From a virus, in UHGV virus genome UHGV-1376088: DNA of 64,000 nucleotides, one strand, 5' to 3'. Both the position numbers and the translations under genes were made by a program. Below, one piece after another: positions 10,273 through 20,243 of this stretch (position 1 is the first letter of the stretch; every line of letters starts with the position of its first letter). A model generated the notes under the pieces. That model had not been told where the DNA came from. It made no database searches and saw only the letters and a program-made list of their open reading frames with translations.

Positions 10273-11124
10273 ATGAGCAAAAGCGAATTTCTTCAAGACC
10301 AATTTTTCCAATCTCAACCTGAGCGTATAACTTATTACAACCTTGGTTCAACATGTGCTATGTGCCTTACTCCACGTGTGGCTTATAATGACGCCACCGG
10401 CGTTCGTGATGTATGGGCATCAAACGAAACCGTAAGCAACGAAGTTGGCCGTATCTTTTACGAACAGAAAATGCGCAACCCTCTGTTCTCATGCAACGAG
10501 GTTAATATTTACCCATTGATCTACATGGTAAATAGAGAAGAGAGAACCTCAATGCGCGGCATTGAAGAATTAGAGAACAAATACTTCCTAAGCGCCGCTA
10601 TTATTGAATACCCAGTATATCGATACACATACAAGCAGCCTTATGATGAGCTTAAAGATAAACCGATCCCAGAGCTTCGTAAATTGGCAACCGGCGAATA
10701 CAGAACTAATTATACTGCCGTTATAGAACAAAGCCTAGATGGGTATATTGTTCCACCGAAAGAACTAGTAGCAATGCTGATCAATACAGCTATTAACTAC
10801 AATAGAGGCATTAAGTGGGTTCCACACAAAGACATTAGAATCAACTTGTGTATGCCTAAATCTCTAATTGCTGAGATAGAAGACCATCTGAAGGATGGCG
10901 AAGTTAATCCTTACGGAACACCTACCGGCGTAATGGAATTTCTTGCAGCAGAGTTCGGCGAAGATTCTATCAAAGACCTAGAAAACAAGTTCTCTAAATC
11001 GAATCTGGTAATCAAAGAGATTGATGATTCAACCGATTCAAGAATGGTTAAAAATCTCCCATTGGTTTATAGAGAAGTGATGGATTCCTTCTCAACATCA
11101 TTTAGATCAAATCCAATTAGTTAA
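10273..11124 (+). CDS. hypothetical protein
   Basis: 283-aa ORF with a strong RBS. It is followed by a bidirectional terminator. Confidence 0.6.
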   Translation: MSKSEFLQDQFFQSQPERITYYNLGSTCAMCLTPRVAYNDATGVRDVWASNETVSNEVGRIFYEQKMRNPLFSCNEVNIYPLIYMVNREERTSMRGIEELENKYFLSAAIIEYPVYRYTYKQPYDELKDKPIPELRKLATGEYRTNYTAVIEQSLDGYIVPPKELVAMLINTAINYNRGIKWVPHKDIRINLCMPKSLIAEIEDHLKDGEVNPYGTPTGVMEFLAAEFGEDSIKDLENKFSKSNLVIKEIDDSTDSRMVKNLPLVYREVMDSFSTSFRSNPIS

Positions 11125-11129
11125 AATAA

Positions 11130-11165
11130 AAGCTCCAGGTTTTATACCCTGGAGCTTGTTTTTAT
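11130..11165. terminator. bidirectional rho-independent terminator
   Basis: 10-bp stem AAGCTCCAGG/CCTGGAGCTT flanked by an A-run and a T-run, between convergent genes. Confidence 0.6.
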
Positions 11166-11659
11166 ACAATGATAAATTTTAAAGGGTTATTTAGCGACGG
11201 GTTTGAGTTAAACAGTTTTTGCTCAGCAACACGGCGCCTTGTAAGTCCCGGCATTTCTGAAAGGGCACCTTTTACCCTGCCCTTATTCCAGCGGATAAAC
11301 TCTTTTGATGCACCATCAAAATCGCCAGCATTTAATTTCTTAAGCAATGTAGAGCTTGCGAACGCATTAGTTCCAACATTAAAGATAAAGACACCAAGCG
11401 CATCAAATTGGTGCTGGTTTAACGGAACTCTTACATTCTTTAGGATTGCATTCTTGGCGATTTGCAAGTCCTTCATTAACAACTCTTTTGCGAATTCGTA
11501 GGTAATCTTCTCCGGGAAGATCTCGCCCGGCTTAACCATATGACCAATGCCGATAGTGATTTTGCCTACGCCGTCATCATACTTGTGCAACACTGCGCCC
11601 TCAAAATGCTCTGTGAGCTTAATGCAGTTGTCACTAAAATTCTTAACTAGTTCACCCAC
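11162..11659 (-). CDS. endolysin, T4-type lysozyme (GH24)
   Basis: Motif EGAVLHKYDDGVGKITIGIGH matches the catalytic Glu region and the TIGxGH signature. Confidence 0.85.
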   Translation of the reverse strand: MGELVKNFSDNCIKLTEHFEGAVLHKYDDGVGKITIGIGHMVKPGEIFPEKITYEFAKELLMKDLQIAKNAILKNVRVPLNQHQFDALGVFIFNVGTNAFASSTLLKKLNAGDFDGASKEFIRWNKGRVKGALSEMPGLTRRRVAEQKLFNSNPSLNNPLKFIIV

Positions 11660-12135
11660 GCTATTTTTACCTCCATATCATTAGTTTCCTCTAAATATTT
11701 CATTAGCAGGGTGTATGCTTTATACCCTTCTATTGGCTCGTAAAAACCCTGAGTATTATATCTAGTATCAGCGCCAATTAGAATATACCTCCCATATATA
11801 CTATAGATATCATTGTCAATAATGTGACAAAAGGCATGGCCACATCTATCTGTTGCCGCACTTTTCTGCCTTAATTGCACACCATTGCTAGGATTAACTA
11901 GGAACGGCAATTTAATCTTATGTACCGGAGATTCTTCGATAGCAAGTTGATAACTTCCATCCTTAATACAGCTAAGACCAACAATACCATTAGGCTCATC
12001 AGGATTATAATCCCATGGCGACTCTAATGTATAGATATATGCCTCTTTACCGTCCTTAAATCTTAGGCGGATTCGGCCGTGAACACCAAATTGTCGTCTA
12101 ATCGCTGAGTTCTGTTTTAATCGCTCTAACAGCAT
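11647..12135 (-). CDS. hypothetical protein in the lysis cassette
   Basis: 162-aa ORF overlapping the lysozyme start. It contains CGHAFCH. Confidence 0.5.
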   Translation of the reverse strand: MLLERLKQNSAIRRQFGVHGRIRLRFKDGKEAYIYTLESPWDYNPDEPNGIVGLSCIKDGSYQLAIEESPVHKIKLPFLVNPSNGVQLRQKSAATDRCGHAFCHIIDNDIYSIYGRYILIGADTRYNTQGFYEPIEGYKAYTLLMKYLEETNDMEVKIAWVN

Positions 12136-12176
12136 ATCAATCTAAATTCCTCTATATTAAATAAATGTGTTATAAA

Positions 12177-12494
12177 TCAACCTTTTGGCTCTTCATTCAA
12201 TTCTTTTACATACTCTTCGTATTCGTTCTGCTCGTCTTCAGGTTCATCATCATTATGCTTTGCAACAGATTGTTCTTTGGCAGCCTCTGCTATAAGTTTA
12301 CCTTTAGCGACTGTGTATCTAGTTGCAATATTTGAAGTTAAATAAACAGCAATTATTGAAATAGTTATAGTTTCAAAAGAGTCTGAGTTCAGCCTCCCTA
12401 TAGAGAGAAGCCAAGCACAGACTCCAAAAATTGTAAGTGAAAAGAATAATTTTCTAGATATAAAAGCAATAAGGTTTCCTTTTACAGTTCCCAT
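12177..12494 (-). CDS. holin-like small membrane protein
   Basis: Two predicted TM helices and a highly acidic C-terminus, adjacent to the lysozyme. Confidence 0.45.
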   Translation of the reverse strand: MGTVKGNLIAFISRKLFFSLTIFGVCAWLLSIGRLNSDSFETITISIIAVYLTSNIATRYTVAKGKLIAEAAKEQSVAKHNDDEPEDEQNEYEEYVKELNEEPKG

Positions 12495-12510
12495 ATAATT
12501 CCTTTATATC

Positions 12511-12849
12511 TTAGTTACCTCTTTCGCTCCTACGGTGCTCACCTTCCAGATTGGATAATCTATCTTCGTGACGACGAATATCCTCCTTATTCCGGTCAAT
12601 CATGCCATTAATAAGTTGGACCTGAGACTGAAGCTCATTCTTAGTAACTAAATCTGATTTAATCTGTTCAATGTTGGCCGCCATAGCAGCTTGTTGGGAC
12701 TCCATCCTTGCCATTGTTGTCGCTCCGATCCATGAACCGTAAACAATAGAACATAGTGCGGAGAACACTCCGATAATCCCAAAGCTTTTTGGTATTTTTA
12801 TACCAAGAATGGTGCTTTCATCTTGTTCAGACATATTTATTTTCCCCAA
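12511..12849 (-). CDS. membrane-anchored coiled-coil protein (i-spanin/antiholin-like)
   Basis: One N-terminal TM segment followed by a periplasmic coiled coil. Confidence 0.4.
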   Translation of the reverse strand: MGKINMSEQDESTILGIKIPKSFGIIGVFSALCSIVYGSWIGATTMARMESQQAAMAANIEQIKSDLVTKNELQSQVQLINGMIDRNKEDIRRHEDRLSNLEGEHRRSERGN

Positions 12850-13451
12850 GTTTGATTTTTGAATATTCCATCTTTCCCTGGGCTCGTGCCATAGGTGTTA
12901 GTAAGTTTGTCACCAACAACTCTGGCATTGTAGCCGGTATATGTATTACGACTACCGGCACCAGACATATTAGCAGCTTTAGCTGAATTAGCTGCTCTAT
13001 TAACAGGGCTCCTAGATGCATTATTAAACTTACCAATAGAAGAGCCCATTTCTCCGAACAGTGCCTGAGAAAAAGTTGATGTCTCCATAGCTGCAGCAGG
13101 ATTCTTAGCCCGGTTGTTAAACTGACTAATGGACTTGATAATTCGTCCATCCCTACCAGCCTTTGATAAGAGAGATGCACCACGTGCACCACCAATGAGT
13201 GCACCAGCCATCATACCGCTTGAAGCACCACTAAAAGGATCGCCTCCAGTGGCTGTATTGTATGCATACCCGACAGCACCGAAAGCAGCACCAGTTGCCA
13301 AGGATCTAGATGCCAGCTTTCCTCTAACATCAGAGGCAAGTGTGAACCCGGCATTTGTCATTGCTCTCTTGTTTCTAAGAGAGTTATCCGCAGCCTTCAT
13401 GGCTGAGCGATACGCAGCCCTTTCCCGATTGAATGTGTTAAACAATCCCAT
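12837..13451 (-). CDS. Gly/Ala-rich hypothetical protein
   Basis: 204 aa; paralog-like to 13451-13957 and 4292-5413. Confidence 0.55.
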   Translation of the reverse strand: MGLFNTFNRERAAYRSAMKAADNSLRNKRAMTNAGFTLASDVRGKLASRSLATGAAFGAVGYAYNTATGGDPFSGASSGMMAGALIGGARGASLLSKAGRDGRIIKSISQFNNRAKNPAAAMETSTFSQALFGEMGSSIGKFNNASRSPVNRAANSAKAANMSGAGSRNTYTGYNARVVGDKLTNTYGTSPGKDGIFKNQTWGK

Positions 13452-13957
13452 TATTTAGCCCCATCAAACCAAGCTTCCCAATCTTTCTTTCCTGTCAGAG
13501 AAACGTTCTGTAAGCCACGATTCTCCTTGACAGAATGAACAAGGTCGCTAGTGTTATAGTTCATATCCCCGAACTGATAGGTCTTTTTCGCCAATGCAGA
13601 GGACTCCCAGTCATGTGGTGACATGGCTGATGCCTTTGTCCGGCGAATCATATCCTCAGCAGCATGGTCTGCTCCTGAGAATTTGTTGTTAAGGCTTCTT
13701 AGAACATTTCTAAGACCCTTCCCATGAGCACCTGAAGCAGCGTAAGCCAATCCGGCACCAACAGCACCACCAAAAGTTGCACCGCCGACAGCACCACCAA
13801 ACATCGTGGTGTTATCAGAGACAGCACCTTTAGCAACACCGTATCCGCCGAAGGCCGCAGCGCCAGCAGTTGCAGCAGCGGTGAATTGTGCCTGTTTCTC
13901 CGAACGCATCAGAAACTCAGACATCCCACCGTAAATCGATTGTCGCAAATTTGCCAT
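13451..13957 (-). CDS. Gly/Ala-rich hypothetical protein
   Basis: 168 aa; first gene of the minus-strand operon. Confidence 0.55.
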   Translation of the reverse strand: MANLRQSIYGGMSEFLMRSEKQAQFTAAATAGAAAFGGYGVAKGAVSDNTTMFGGAVGGATFGGAVGAGLAYAASGAHGKGLRNVLRSLNNKFSGADHAAEDMIRRTKASAMSPHDWESSALAKKTYQFGDMNYNTSDLVHSVKENRGLQNVSLTGKKDWEAWFDGAK

Positions 13958-14523
13958 AACAAATCACTTTCTAAAAAGCTTTTTAAAAATCTGAATCAAT
14001 AGACACAAGAGAGGGAGCGACCCTCCCTGTAGAAACAATTAGAACAGAAACAATAGAAAAAGTCAACTAACTATCCTTTGAAAATAGACAAATTTTAAAA
14101 CGGCCGGCCCGACAAAACACAAAACACCACACCCCATTAATTCATGCCCCCTGGGGCAAACCAAGGGGGATAGTTGACCCAAAACACAGAATGGCCCGGC
14201 GCGGCGGACCCATCATTTTGCCGAAGGCAAAGACTGATTGGGGGTTGGTTGAATGGGAAGTGAGAATGGATGACTGAAGTAGACGTGAAACTTGAGGTGT
14301 GTGGATGTGTGAGTGAGGATGTGTGTGATAATGCGTGTGGATCAAATAAAAATATGAAATGAATTGTTTTGAGTAATGGTTGATGTAATGCGTGTGGGTA
14401 CCTGGTGTCTATTAATGATATCCCTGTGGATGGGGGTATGTCCGGGATTTGCCCCCTGGGGTGGAATGGACTGCTCTCATCTACATCTTTTATTTTATTC
14501 TTTAGTCTAAGAAAGGACTTACC

Positions 14524-14691
14524 ATGAAAAACTTTATCATCGCTTCTGTTGCAGTATTCTTTTGCTTTTCTTTTTACTCTTTCATGTTCTCTGGAGCCAA
14601 AAACGCTGCTGAGAATGTAAAAGGAAGTATGAGTGTCACTTCTGTTGACAAAGCATGTAAGAGTAATAAAGGCCTGTGTAAGGAACTATAA
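14524..14691 (+). CDS. small secreted/membrane peptide (55 aa, signal-like N-terminus, 2 Cys)
   Basis: ATG preceded by AAAGGA. Hydrophobic N-terminus, with CKSNKGLC near the C-terminus. Below the ORF-track cutoff. Confidence 0.4.
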   Translation: MKNFIIASVAVFFCFSFYSFMFSGAKNAAENVKGSMSVTSVDKACKSNKGLCKEL

Positions 14692-14837
14692 GGTCTATAT
14701 TTAAGGGTGTGTGGGATATTAGTCCTGCACATCCTTTTATCTTATCTATAATGGCATTCAATACAGAGTGTTATTATAAATGAGATAATTCTGTCTCATT
14801 ATTTTGTTTATTATTTACCAAAGAAAGGTATCATACT

Positions 14838-15008
14838 ATGAAAATCCGTCATATCATCGCCATCGTTGCTTCTGTTATCGCTATTAACGCTGCTTTTGGT
14901 GGCATTAGTAACGCTCTTAAACGCAGTGATTACAATCATTGCCGTGTAACTACTCACATGACAGTACAAGAATGCGAGAACGCTACTGGATATGAAGTAA
15001 CCAAATAA
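14838..15008 (+). CDS. small secreted peptide (56 aa, signal-like N-terminus, 2 Cys)
   Basis: RBS AAAGGTA. It shares an MK..IIA.VA N-terminus with the 14524 peptide and has a C-x10-C C-terminus. Confidence 0.4.
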   Translation: MKIRHIIAIVASVIAINAAFGGISNALKRSDYNHCRVTTHMTVQECENATGYEVTK

Positions 15009-15136
15009 TCTCTTAGTCCTGAGTACGACAATAAACTGCTCACTGTCCAGAGATGTGTGTCTCTGCTGATGATGGGTAAAAATACCCGAAACAGTTTATT
15101 TTTTATTTTTAAAAACTTTTCAAAAAGGAAATTATT

Positions 15137-18100
15137 ATGTCAACTATCACTTTCAAAACCTTCACTTCTACTGTCAACGAAAAAGCTGCTGCTTCTTACG
15201 AAGCTGCTAAAGCTAATTTTGAGCACACCGCCAATATTAAGGCTGGCGTTCATAAAGTGCCAGGTGTTGAGGTTGTTGCTTTATCTAGTAGCAAAGCGGC
15301 CGCAATGAAGCCAGAAGTAGTGGCTATCGTTAAAGATGGGGCCGCTGTAGCAGTCAAAGAAGTGGGCTCTCGTTTAGAAGCCTTGGCATGGGCTAATGCA
15401 GAAGTAGAGGCTATTGTTTTGAATGAAGTAAAGGAGACTGAAATGTCTTATAGTTTTGAAGTAGAAGGTGTACCTACAATGGTACAACGTGTAGAGACCG
15501 TTAAAGCCGGTAAAACTCCTACCAAAGAGGAGCTGAATAATCTCAAAGATTGGGCTCGTACTATTTGTAAGATCAAGGCTGGTGAGGCCTTGCCTATTGT
15601 AGGCAAAGTGGAGATCAATATTAGACGTCCAAGCAAAGGTAGTGTAAGGGTAGTTGCACAACGTGGGACTTTGGCTACATCTTTGGTAAATTCCCCGCTT
15701 GGCCGCGAAACTATCGCCCGCCACGCATTTGTCTCTTACAAAGATGGCATCGTATCTGTCACTGAAAGTATTGAGACCCTTATTGACTGGATGGCCGGTA
15801 TTAACACCGAAGGCGTCAAATTGGTTGATGCTCTCAAACGTAAGAGCGGCGGTGTCGTTGTTGTTAAATCTGAAAAACCTGCTCCTAAGGGCGTTAAGGT
15901 TCAACAAGGTGATCTCCTGAATATCTCACCTGACACATCTTGGAAGCTCGGCATGCCGGTTAGTGATGCCATGTTTATTAGCCGCAAGGCGCCAAACTCT
16001 ATGGTTGCTGTTAACCATCCTCAATTAGCTGGTAAATATATCAGCGTATATGACGTGAAGAAAGCCATTGCACGTGGCATTCTGAATCCAGACTTGGACA
16101 CTAAAGTCTCCATTGGGGTTCGTAAGGTGGCAGTTCTTTTATCCGTTACTAATGAGGCTGGCGACAAAGTTAAATCTCTGGCTGATGTTAAAGATCATCC
16201 TCTGGCCATGAACTTTGCTGGCGGTGCTTGTTATGGCCGCAAGTCTTTGATTCAACAGTACGGTAAAATGCGTGTTGTTAGCTTTCATCATCTGAAAGGT
16301 GTAGTTACCAACGTTAGAGAGATCGATGCATTGGTCGACTACCTTGATGTAGACATCATCTCTCCTATGCTGAAATCCAAAGCTGTCGGTGTTACACATG
16401 CGATCATGGGTGGTGATCTAGCTGACTTTATGTTGCGTCTGCTGGAGGATGAAAGTTTCCGTGCATCTGCCAATGCGGCTATTGCGATGAATAGCAAATC
16501 TGTCAATGTTGACGGTTTGGTTTATGAGTTCGCAATTATTGAGGAAGAGATTTACGTCTCTGACTTCTACACACTGCAGGGTCATCGTCGAGTCGGTTCT
16601 GAAATCACCGTTAATGATAAAATCAACGGTGTTGAGGTAGAAGCACCTGAGCAAACTCTGATGAATGAGCTCTTATCTGAGCTCAAAGGTGGTAATACTA
16701 CCTACTCTCCAGTGGTTCGTATTCTGGAAATGAAACGAGCCGGCTTAGTTGAAGCAGTGTCCCACTCTGCTGAGGGCGGCGTATTGTTGGCGGATCAGAT
16801 GATTCGTCAATACGGTGAATCTCTGTTCAAGTCTTTCATTTCCGGCCGTACCGGTAAACGTACTGCCAAAGCAGTTGCAGCTGCCAAGAACGTGGATTGG
16901 TCTTGTACCGCCAACGAGTTCTTAGCTATGACTCGTACTTGGTACTCTGATAAGTTTGCTGTGATGTTTGCTGGTAATGGTTCATTATCAGTTGAACAAG
17001 TGAAATATACCGCTCTTGTTGGTGACGAAACTTCTCAGTACATCATGAAGCAATTCCTGGTTAACCTGTTTAACGGTTATGGCAAATTCCCTGGATTATT
17101 GAATATGCCTCGTGGTTTTGAAATCAAAGCTGGTGATCACAGCTTCGTGTTCCCGGGCTCTAGCTTCTGGGATAAACCTGAGACTATTACTGGTGATCAC
17201 GTATCTGGTCTTCAGTTCACTGGTGGAGACTTCTTCAAGTCTCTGGCCTCTATTATCCTGATGGCAAAAACTCGTGGCACTAAGACCTGGGAAGCCGCTG
17301 GTGTTATCAAAACGCACGCCAAGCATTTACTGGCTATTGAAGAAACCTTTGGTTCTCACAAGGGCTTAAAATTCAGCTTGCCTAAAGGTCGTAGCTTGCC
17401 AGTATCTTACCACTTTGAAAATGGGCTCAAAGTTATCACTGCGGATCGTAGCTATAAGGAGGCTGCAAAACGTGGTGAAGTGGGCGCTATTAAGTTCCCT
17501 ATCTTGATGGAAAACAATTTCCGTCTGTATGAGACCGAGGTTAAAACTCTGATGAGCTTTGACTCTGATGCCGAGCTTGAGCTGAACCGCTTTATCTGCG
17601 AATCAGTAGTATTCGTAGATGCATTGTCTCATATGAGCAACCGTGATGATGCGGATGGTGACCGCTTGACATTGTTCTGGGCTAAAGGTTATGAAGGCCA
17701 AGAGCAATGGAGCGAGGATAAACTGTTGGCATGTAACTCTGCCAAACAACAGCTCTCTTATGTGGAAGACGAACTGGGTTCTCTTAACACCAAAGAGATC
17801 AATGAGCGCTCTGTTCAAGTTTGGGGCAAAGAAGATGTTCAGCCTGCTGTCGAAGAAATCGTAGCTGCTAAGACTGGTGTGGGTAGCGAGACTAATAATC
17901 TTATTACATTGACCCATTTAATCCGTAACAAACTGGGCTATTCTAATATGGCCAACTTGGCTATTGATGCTATGGGTATCTTGCTGCAGAAGGAAGTTGT
18001 GGAAAATATGAAGCATAGCAACGGCAACGTTCGCTTCTGCGAATATTTAAACCTGCGCAACAAGGAGACTGATCTAGACTGCATGTCTGAGGCATTCGAG

Positions 18101-18547
18101 AAGGCTTTCGAATTGATGTTCATCGAAGATTACGTAATGGCGTTTGAAATTGCCAAAGTCTTTGTTGAGCTGTTCGAAGAAGACAAACGTTCTCGTGGTC
18201 AGCAAGGCTACCGTTGGAATAAAACCAACGCAGTTCGTATGGCACACACTGCGACTTGGAAAAATGTACACTTCGATGTGTACACTAAGGATGTGTCTGA
18301 GATTTATAACACATCATTCTTCTTTGGCCTGGACGATGTAAAATCCGTCAACAATTTGCTTGACATGAATGGCAAATCACCATTCAGTTTTATCCTGAAG
18401 GCTTTGAGCCGCGAAGTCTTGGCACAGAAACTCGTTATCGCCGAGACCAAAGCCGCTGAAGCTGAAGCGTTGGCCAATGGTGAGACTGTTGAAGCTGAGT
18501 CTTATCATGAGGTTGTAGATATGGACGAAGCTATTGATATGCTGTAA
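15137..18547 (+). CDS. giant protein P1 (1136 aa) with SHMSNRDDADGD motif; paralog of 32742-36185
   Basis: Single uninterrupted ORF with strongly optimised codons. The DxDGD and VGSETNN motifs are shared with P2. Confidence 0.85.
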   Translation: MSTITFKTFTSTVNEKAAASYEAAKANFEHTANIKAGVHKVPGVEVVALSSSKAAAMKPEVVAIVKDGAAVAVKEVGSRLEALAWANAEVEAIVLNEVKETEMSYSFEVEGVPTMVQRVETVKAGKTPTKEELNNLKDWARTICKIKAGEALPIVGKVEINIRRPSKGSVRVVAQRGTLATSLVNSPLGRETIARHAFVSYKDGIVSVTESIETLIDWMAGINTEGVKLVDALKRKSGGVVVVKSEKPAPKGVKVQQGDLLNISPDTSWKLGMPVSDAMFISRKAPNSMVAVNHPQLAGKYISVYDVKKAIARGILNPDLDTKVSIGVRKVAVLLSVTNEAGDKVKSLADVKDHPLAMNFAGGACYGRKSLIQQYGKMRVVSFHHLKGVVTNVREIDALVDYLDVDIISPMLKSKAVGVTHAIMGGDLADFMLRLLEDESFRASANAAIAMNSKSVNVDGLVYEFAIIEEEIYVSDFYTLQGHRRVGSEITVNDKINGVEVEAPEQTLMNELLSELKGGNTTYSPVVRILEMKRAGLVEAVSHSAEGGVLLADQMIRQYGESLFKSFISGRTGKRTAKAVAAAKNVDWSCTANEFLAMTRTWYSDKFAVMFAGNGSLSVEQVKYTALVGDETSQYIMKQFLVNLFNGYGKFPGLLNMPRGFEIKAGDHSFVFPGSSFWDKPETITGDHVSGLQFTGGDFFKSLASIILMAKTRGTKTWEAAGVIKTHAKHLLAIEETFGSHKGLKFSLPKGRSLPVSYHFENGLKVITADRSYKEAAKRGEVGAIKFPILMENNFRLYETEVKTLMSFDSDAELELNRFICESVVFVDALSHMSNRDDADGDRLTLFWAKGYEGQEQWSEDKLLACNSAKQQLSYVEDELGSLNTKEINERSVQVWGKEDVQPAVEEIVAAKTGVGSETNNLITLTHLIRNKLGYSNMANLAIDAMGILLQKEVVENMKHSNGNVRFCEYLNLRNKETDLDCMSEAFEKAFELMFIEDYVMAFEIAKVFVELFEEDKRSRGQQGYRWNKTNAVRMAHTATWKNVHFDVYTKDVSEIYNTSFFFGLDDVKSVNNLLDMNGKSPFSFILKALSREVLAQKLVIAETKAAEAEALANGETVEAESYHEVVDMDEAIDML

Positions 18548-18640
18548 GACTCCGTACCCAATAAGAATTGGGCAAATGTTACTGCTCGCTGGATACGGCT
18601 CCGTAGCGATATGGGGCTGTATTCACGTGGAGCGGTTCTG

Positions 18641-18658
18641 GTGTCGGTTTCCCTGTGG
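18641..18658 (+). promoter_or_regulatory. GTGTCGGT-N5-TGTGG box
   Basis: Copy 1 of the conserved motif, about 45 bp upstream of the 18705 start. Confidence 0.5.
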
Positions 18659-18704
18659 AGACAGGGTTTCCTGTCGTTTTCAATTTCTTTTCGGAGGCTC
18701 CGTT

Positions 18705-19001
18705 ATGCGAGAGTTCGCAATTGCCCCAAATTCGCCATTTGCACAGTTGTGTGCAGGTGACATGTATGACGCCGTAGTTCGCGACGTCAAGTTTGCAATG
18801 CCGGTTGGTGTTGAGACCAAAGAGTCTGACATTCCCGGCGGTTTTCGTACCGTTGAGACGGAAGATGGCAATGCTGTTTTCTGTTCAGCGGTACGTTTGT
18901 CTGATAAACCCGCTCCTGGGTTTGTCTCAGTTGCATTATGGTATGCTGAGTATTCTCGGCTGTACCATATGGCTCGTGTCAGTGAGGATCATCCTTTCTG
19001 A
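18705..19001 (+). CDS. small early protein
   Basis: Internal ATG with a GGAGG RBS in ORF 18534; optimised codons. Confidence 0.5.
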   Translation: MREFAIAPNSPFAQLCAGDMYDAVVRDVKFAMPVGVETKESDIPGGFRTVETEDGNAVFCSAVRLSDKPAPGFVSVALWYAEYSRLYHMARVSEDHPF

Positions 19002-19029
19002 TACAATACAGGGATCCGGCACATCTATT

Positions 19030-19047
19030 GTGTCGGTTCTTTTACGA
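19030..19047 (+). promoter_or_regulatory. GTGTCGGT-N5-TACGA box
   Basis: Copy 2. It is the 3' arm of the hairpin GATCCGGCACA/TGTGTCGGTTC. Confidence 0.55.
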
Positions 19048-19072
19048 TAATAATTTTTCAATGGAGGTTGTT

Positions 19073-19249
19073 ATGAAATACAAAGATTTTTTGATCCGAT
19101 ACACCCTGGAAGATGGTTCTCGCAAGGACCGCCTCGTATCTTATATCGTTCCTAAGGATCTGGACGACGTATATGAGTATGCCGAAAATGTGGCGTGCAT
19201 GGAAGATTTCGAGGTTGTTGATATTGAAGTTAAGGGATTGGAAGACTGA
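19073..19249 (+). CDS. small early protein (MKY...)
   Basis: GGAGG RBS; 58 aa. Confidence 0.5.
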   Translation: MKYKDFLIRYTLEDGSRKDRLVSYIVPKDLDDVYEYAENVACMEDFEVVDIEVKGLED

Positions 19250-19452
19250 TGGTGTCATTTGAATTCAAATTGGCCTACGGCTCTATTGACGAGCTTAGGG
19301 CCGATTTGGGAAATAATAAAGAGATTTCCATATGGAAGCACTTCTTGGATGTAATTGTAAGTCATTCAGAAGATGATGATATGGTTATCTTTGAGATTCA
19401 GGACGATAATTCTTTGAAATTTGCTAGATACGAAGAGTTTTCGTTTATCTGA
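19249..19452 (+). CDS. small early protein
   Basis: ATGA overlap with the upstream gene; 67 aa, acidic. Confidence 0.5.
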   Translation: MVSFEFKLAYGSIDELRADLGNNKEISIWKHFLDVIVSHSEDDDMVIFEIQDDNSLKFARYEEFSFI

Positions 19453-19479
19453 ACAATGCAAGGACCGGCCCAGATTTTG

Positions 19480-19497
19480 GTGTCGGTTCTTTTATGG
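19480..19497 (+). promoter_or_regulatory. GTGTCGGT-N5-TATGG box
   Basis: Copy 3, preceded by the complementary sequence GGACCGGC. Confidence 0.55.
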
Positions 19498-19549
19498 AAG
19501 AGAAGAGTTGTTCTTCTCAATTATAATTTTAATAGCTATGGAGGCTAAA

Positions 19550-19897
19550 ATGAAATACGTTCCAACTAAAAACTTGTCGCAAGTATGGTATAACCTTGCC
19601 GAGCGCAAAGAATTTGAAGCGGCTGCTGAAGAGGCAGCAAAAGAAGAGTTCTTAAAAGAACTGAAAGATGAAGACTATCGATCAGTTGACGACTATAAGT
19701 CCTATCTTGCAGCAGAGTTTAGTGATGGTGACATCGCCCACGATATGTACGAATTGCAAGATGAACGCGATGATGAACAAGTCTTAGCTGGGCATCCGGA
19801 CATTACACCGGAGCAAAGCTTTAATCGTCTTGTAGAGAGCTATGTCAAAGATCTGTATGTACAGGCCCATTGGCAAGTCTTAGAGTCTCTTAAATAA
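19550..19897 (+). CDS. small early protein (MKY...)
   Basis: GGAGG RBS 6 nt upstream; 115 aa, acidic. Confidence 0.5.
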   Translation: MKYVPTKNLSQVWYNLAERKEFEAAAEEAAKEEFLKELKDEDYRSVDDYKSYLAAEFSDGDIAHDMYELQDERDDEQVLAGHPDITPEQSFNRLVESYVKDLYVQAHWQVLESLK

Positions 19898-20202
19898 CCT
19901 ACCAGCCGGCATCTGTAAAAGGATGTCGGTTATTTTATGACATATATGATTTCCCTGTAAGTTTTGCCGATACCTTGAATCTTGTTGCTCTTGGTATCGG
20001 TTTCTTTTTGGAAACATTTGAATCCTTTTACCTCCATAAACCTTTGGGCCACACTTGCTTTTTTATAGCGCAGTGTTGGCCCCCTTTTTTCCTCCCGCTG
20101 GACAGGTAGCAGGACATCAACGTGTTGCAACCACGCATATAAACCCGCTAAGACACCCACAGACTCCGTATTGAATATAGGCCACATAACATCAACGGTT
20201 TT

Positions 20203-20220
20203 GTGTCGGTGCTTTTATGA
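20203..20220 (+). promoter_or_regulatory. GTGTCGGT-N5-TATGA box
   Basis: Copy 4. Confidence 0.5.
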
Positions 20221-20243
20221 TATAAATATTTGTGGAGTTTACC

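Noticed and set aside
14142-14345. Minus-strand 67-aa ORF rich in His-Thr (HTHYHTHPHSHIHT)
   Set aside because: It is a translation artefact of the plus-strand GTGTG and GGATG repeats. It has no RBS and sits in a divergent promoter region.
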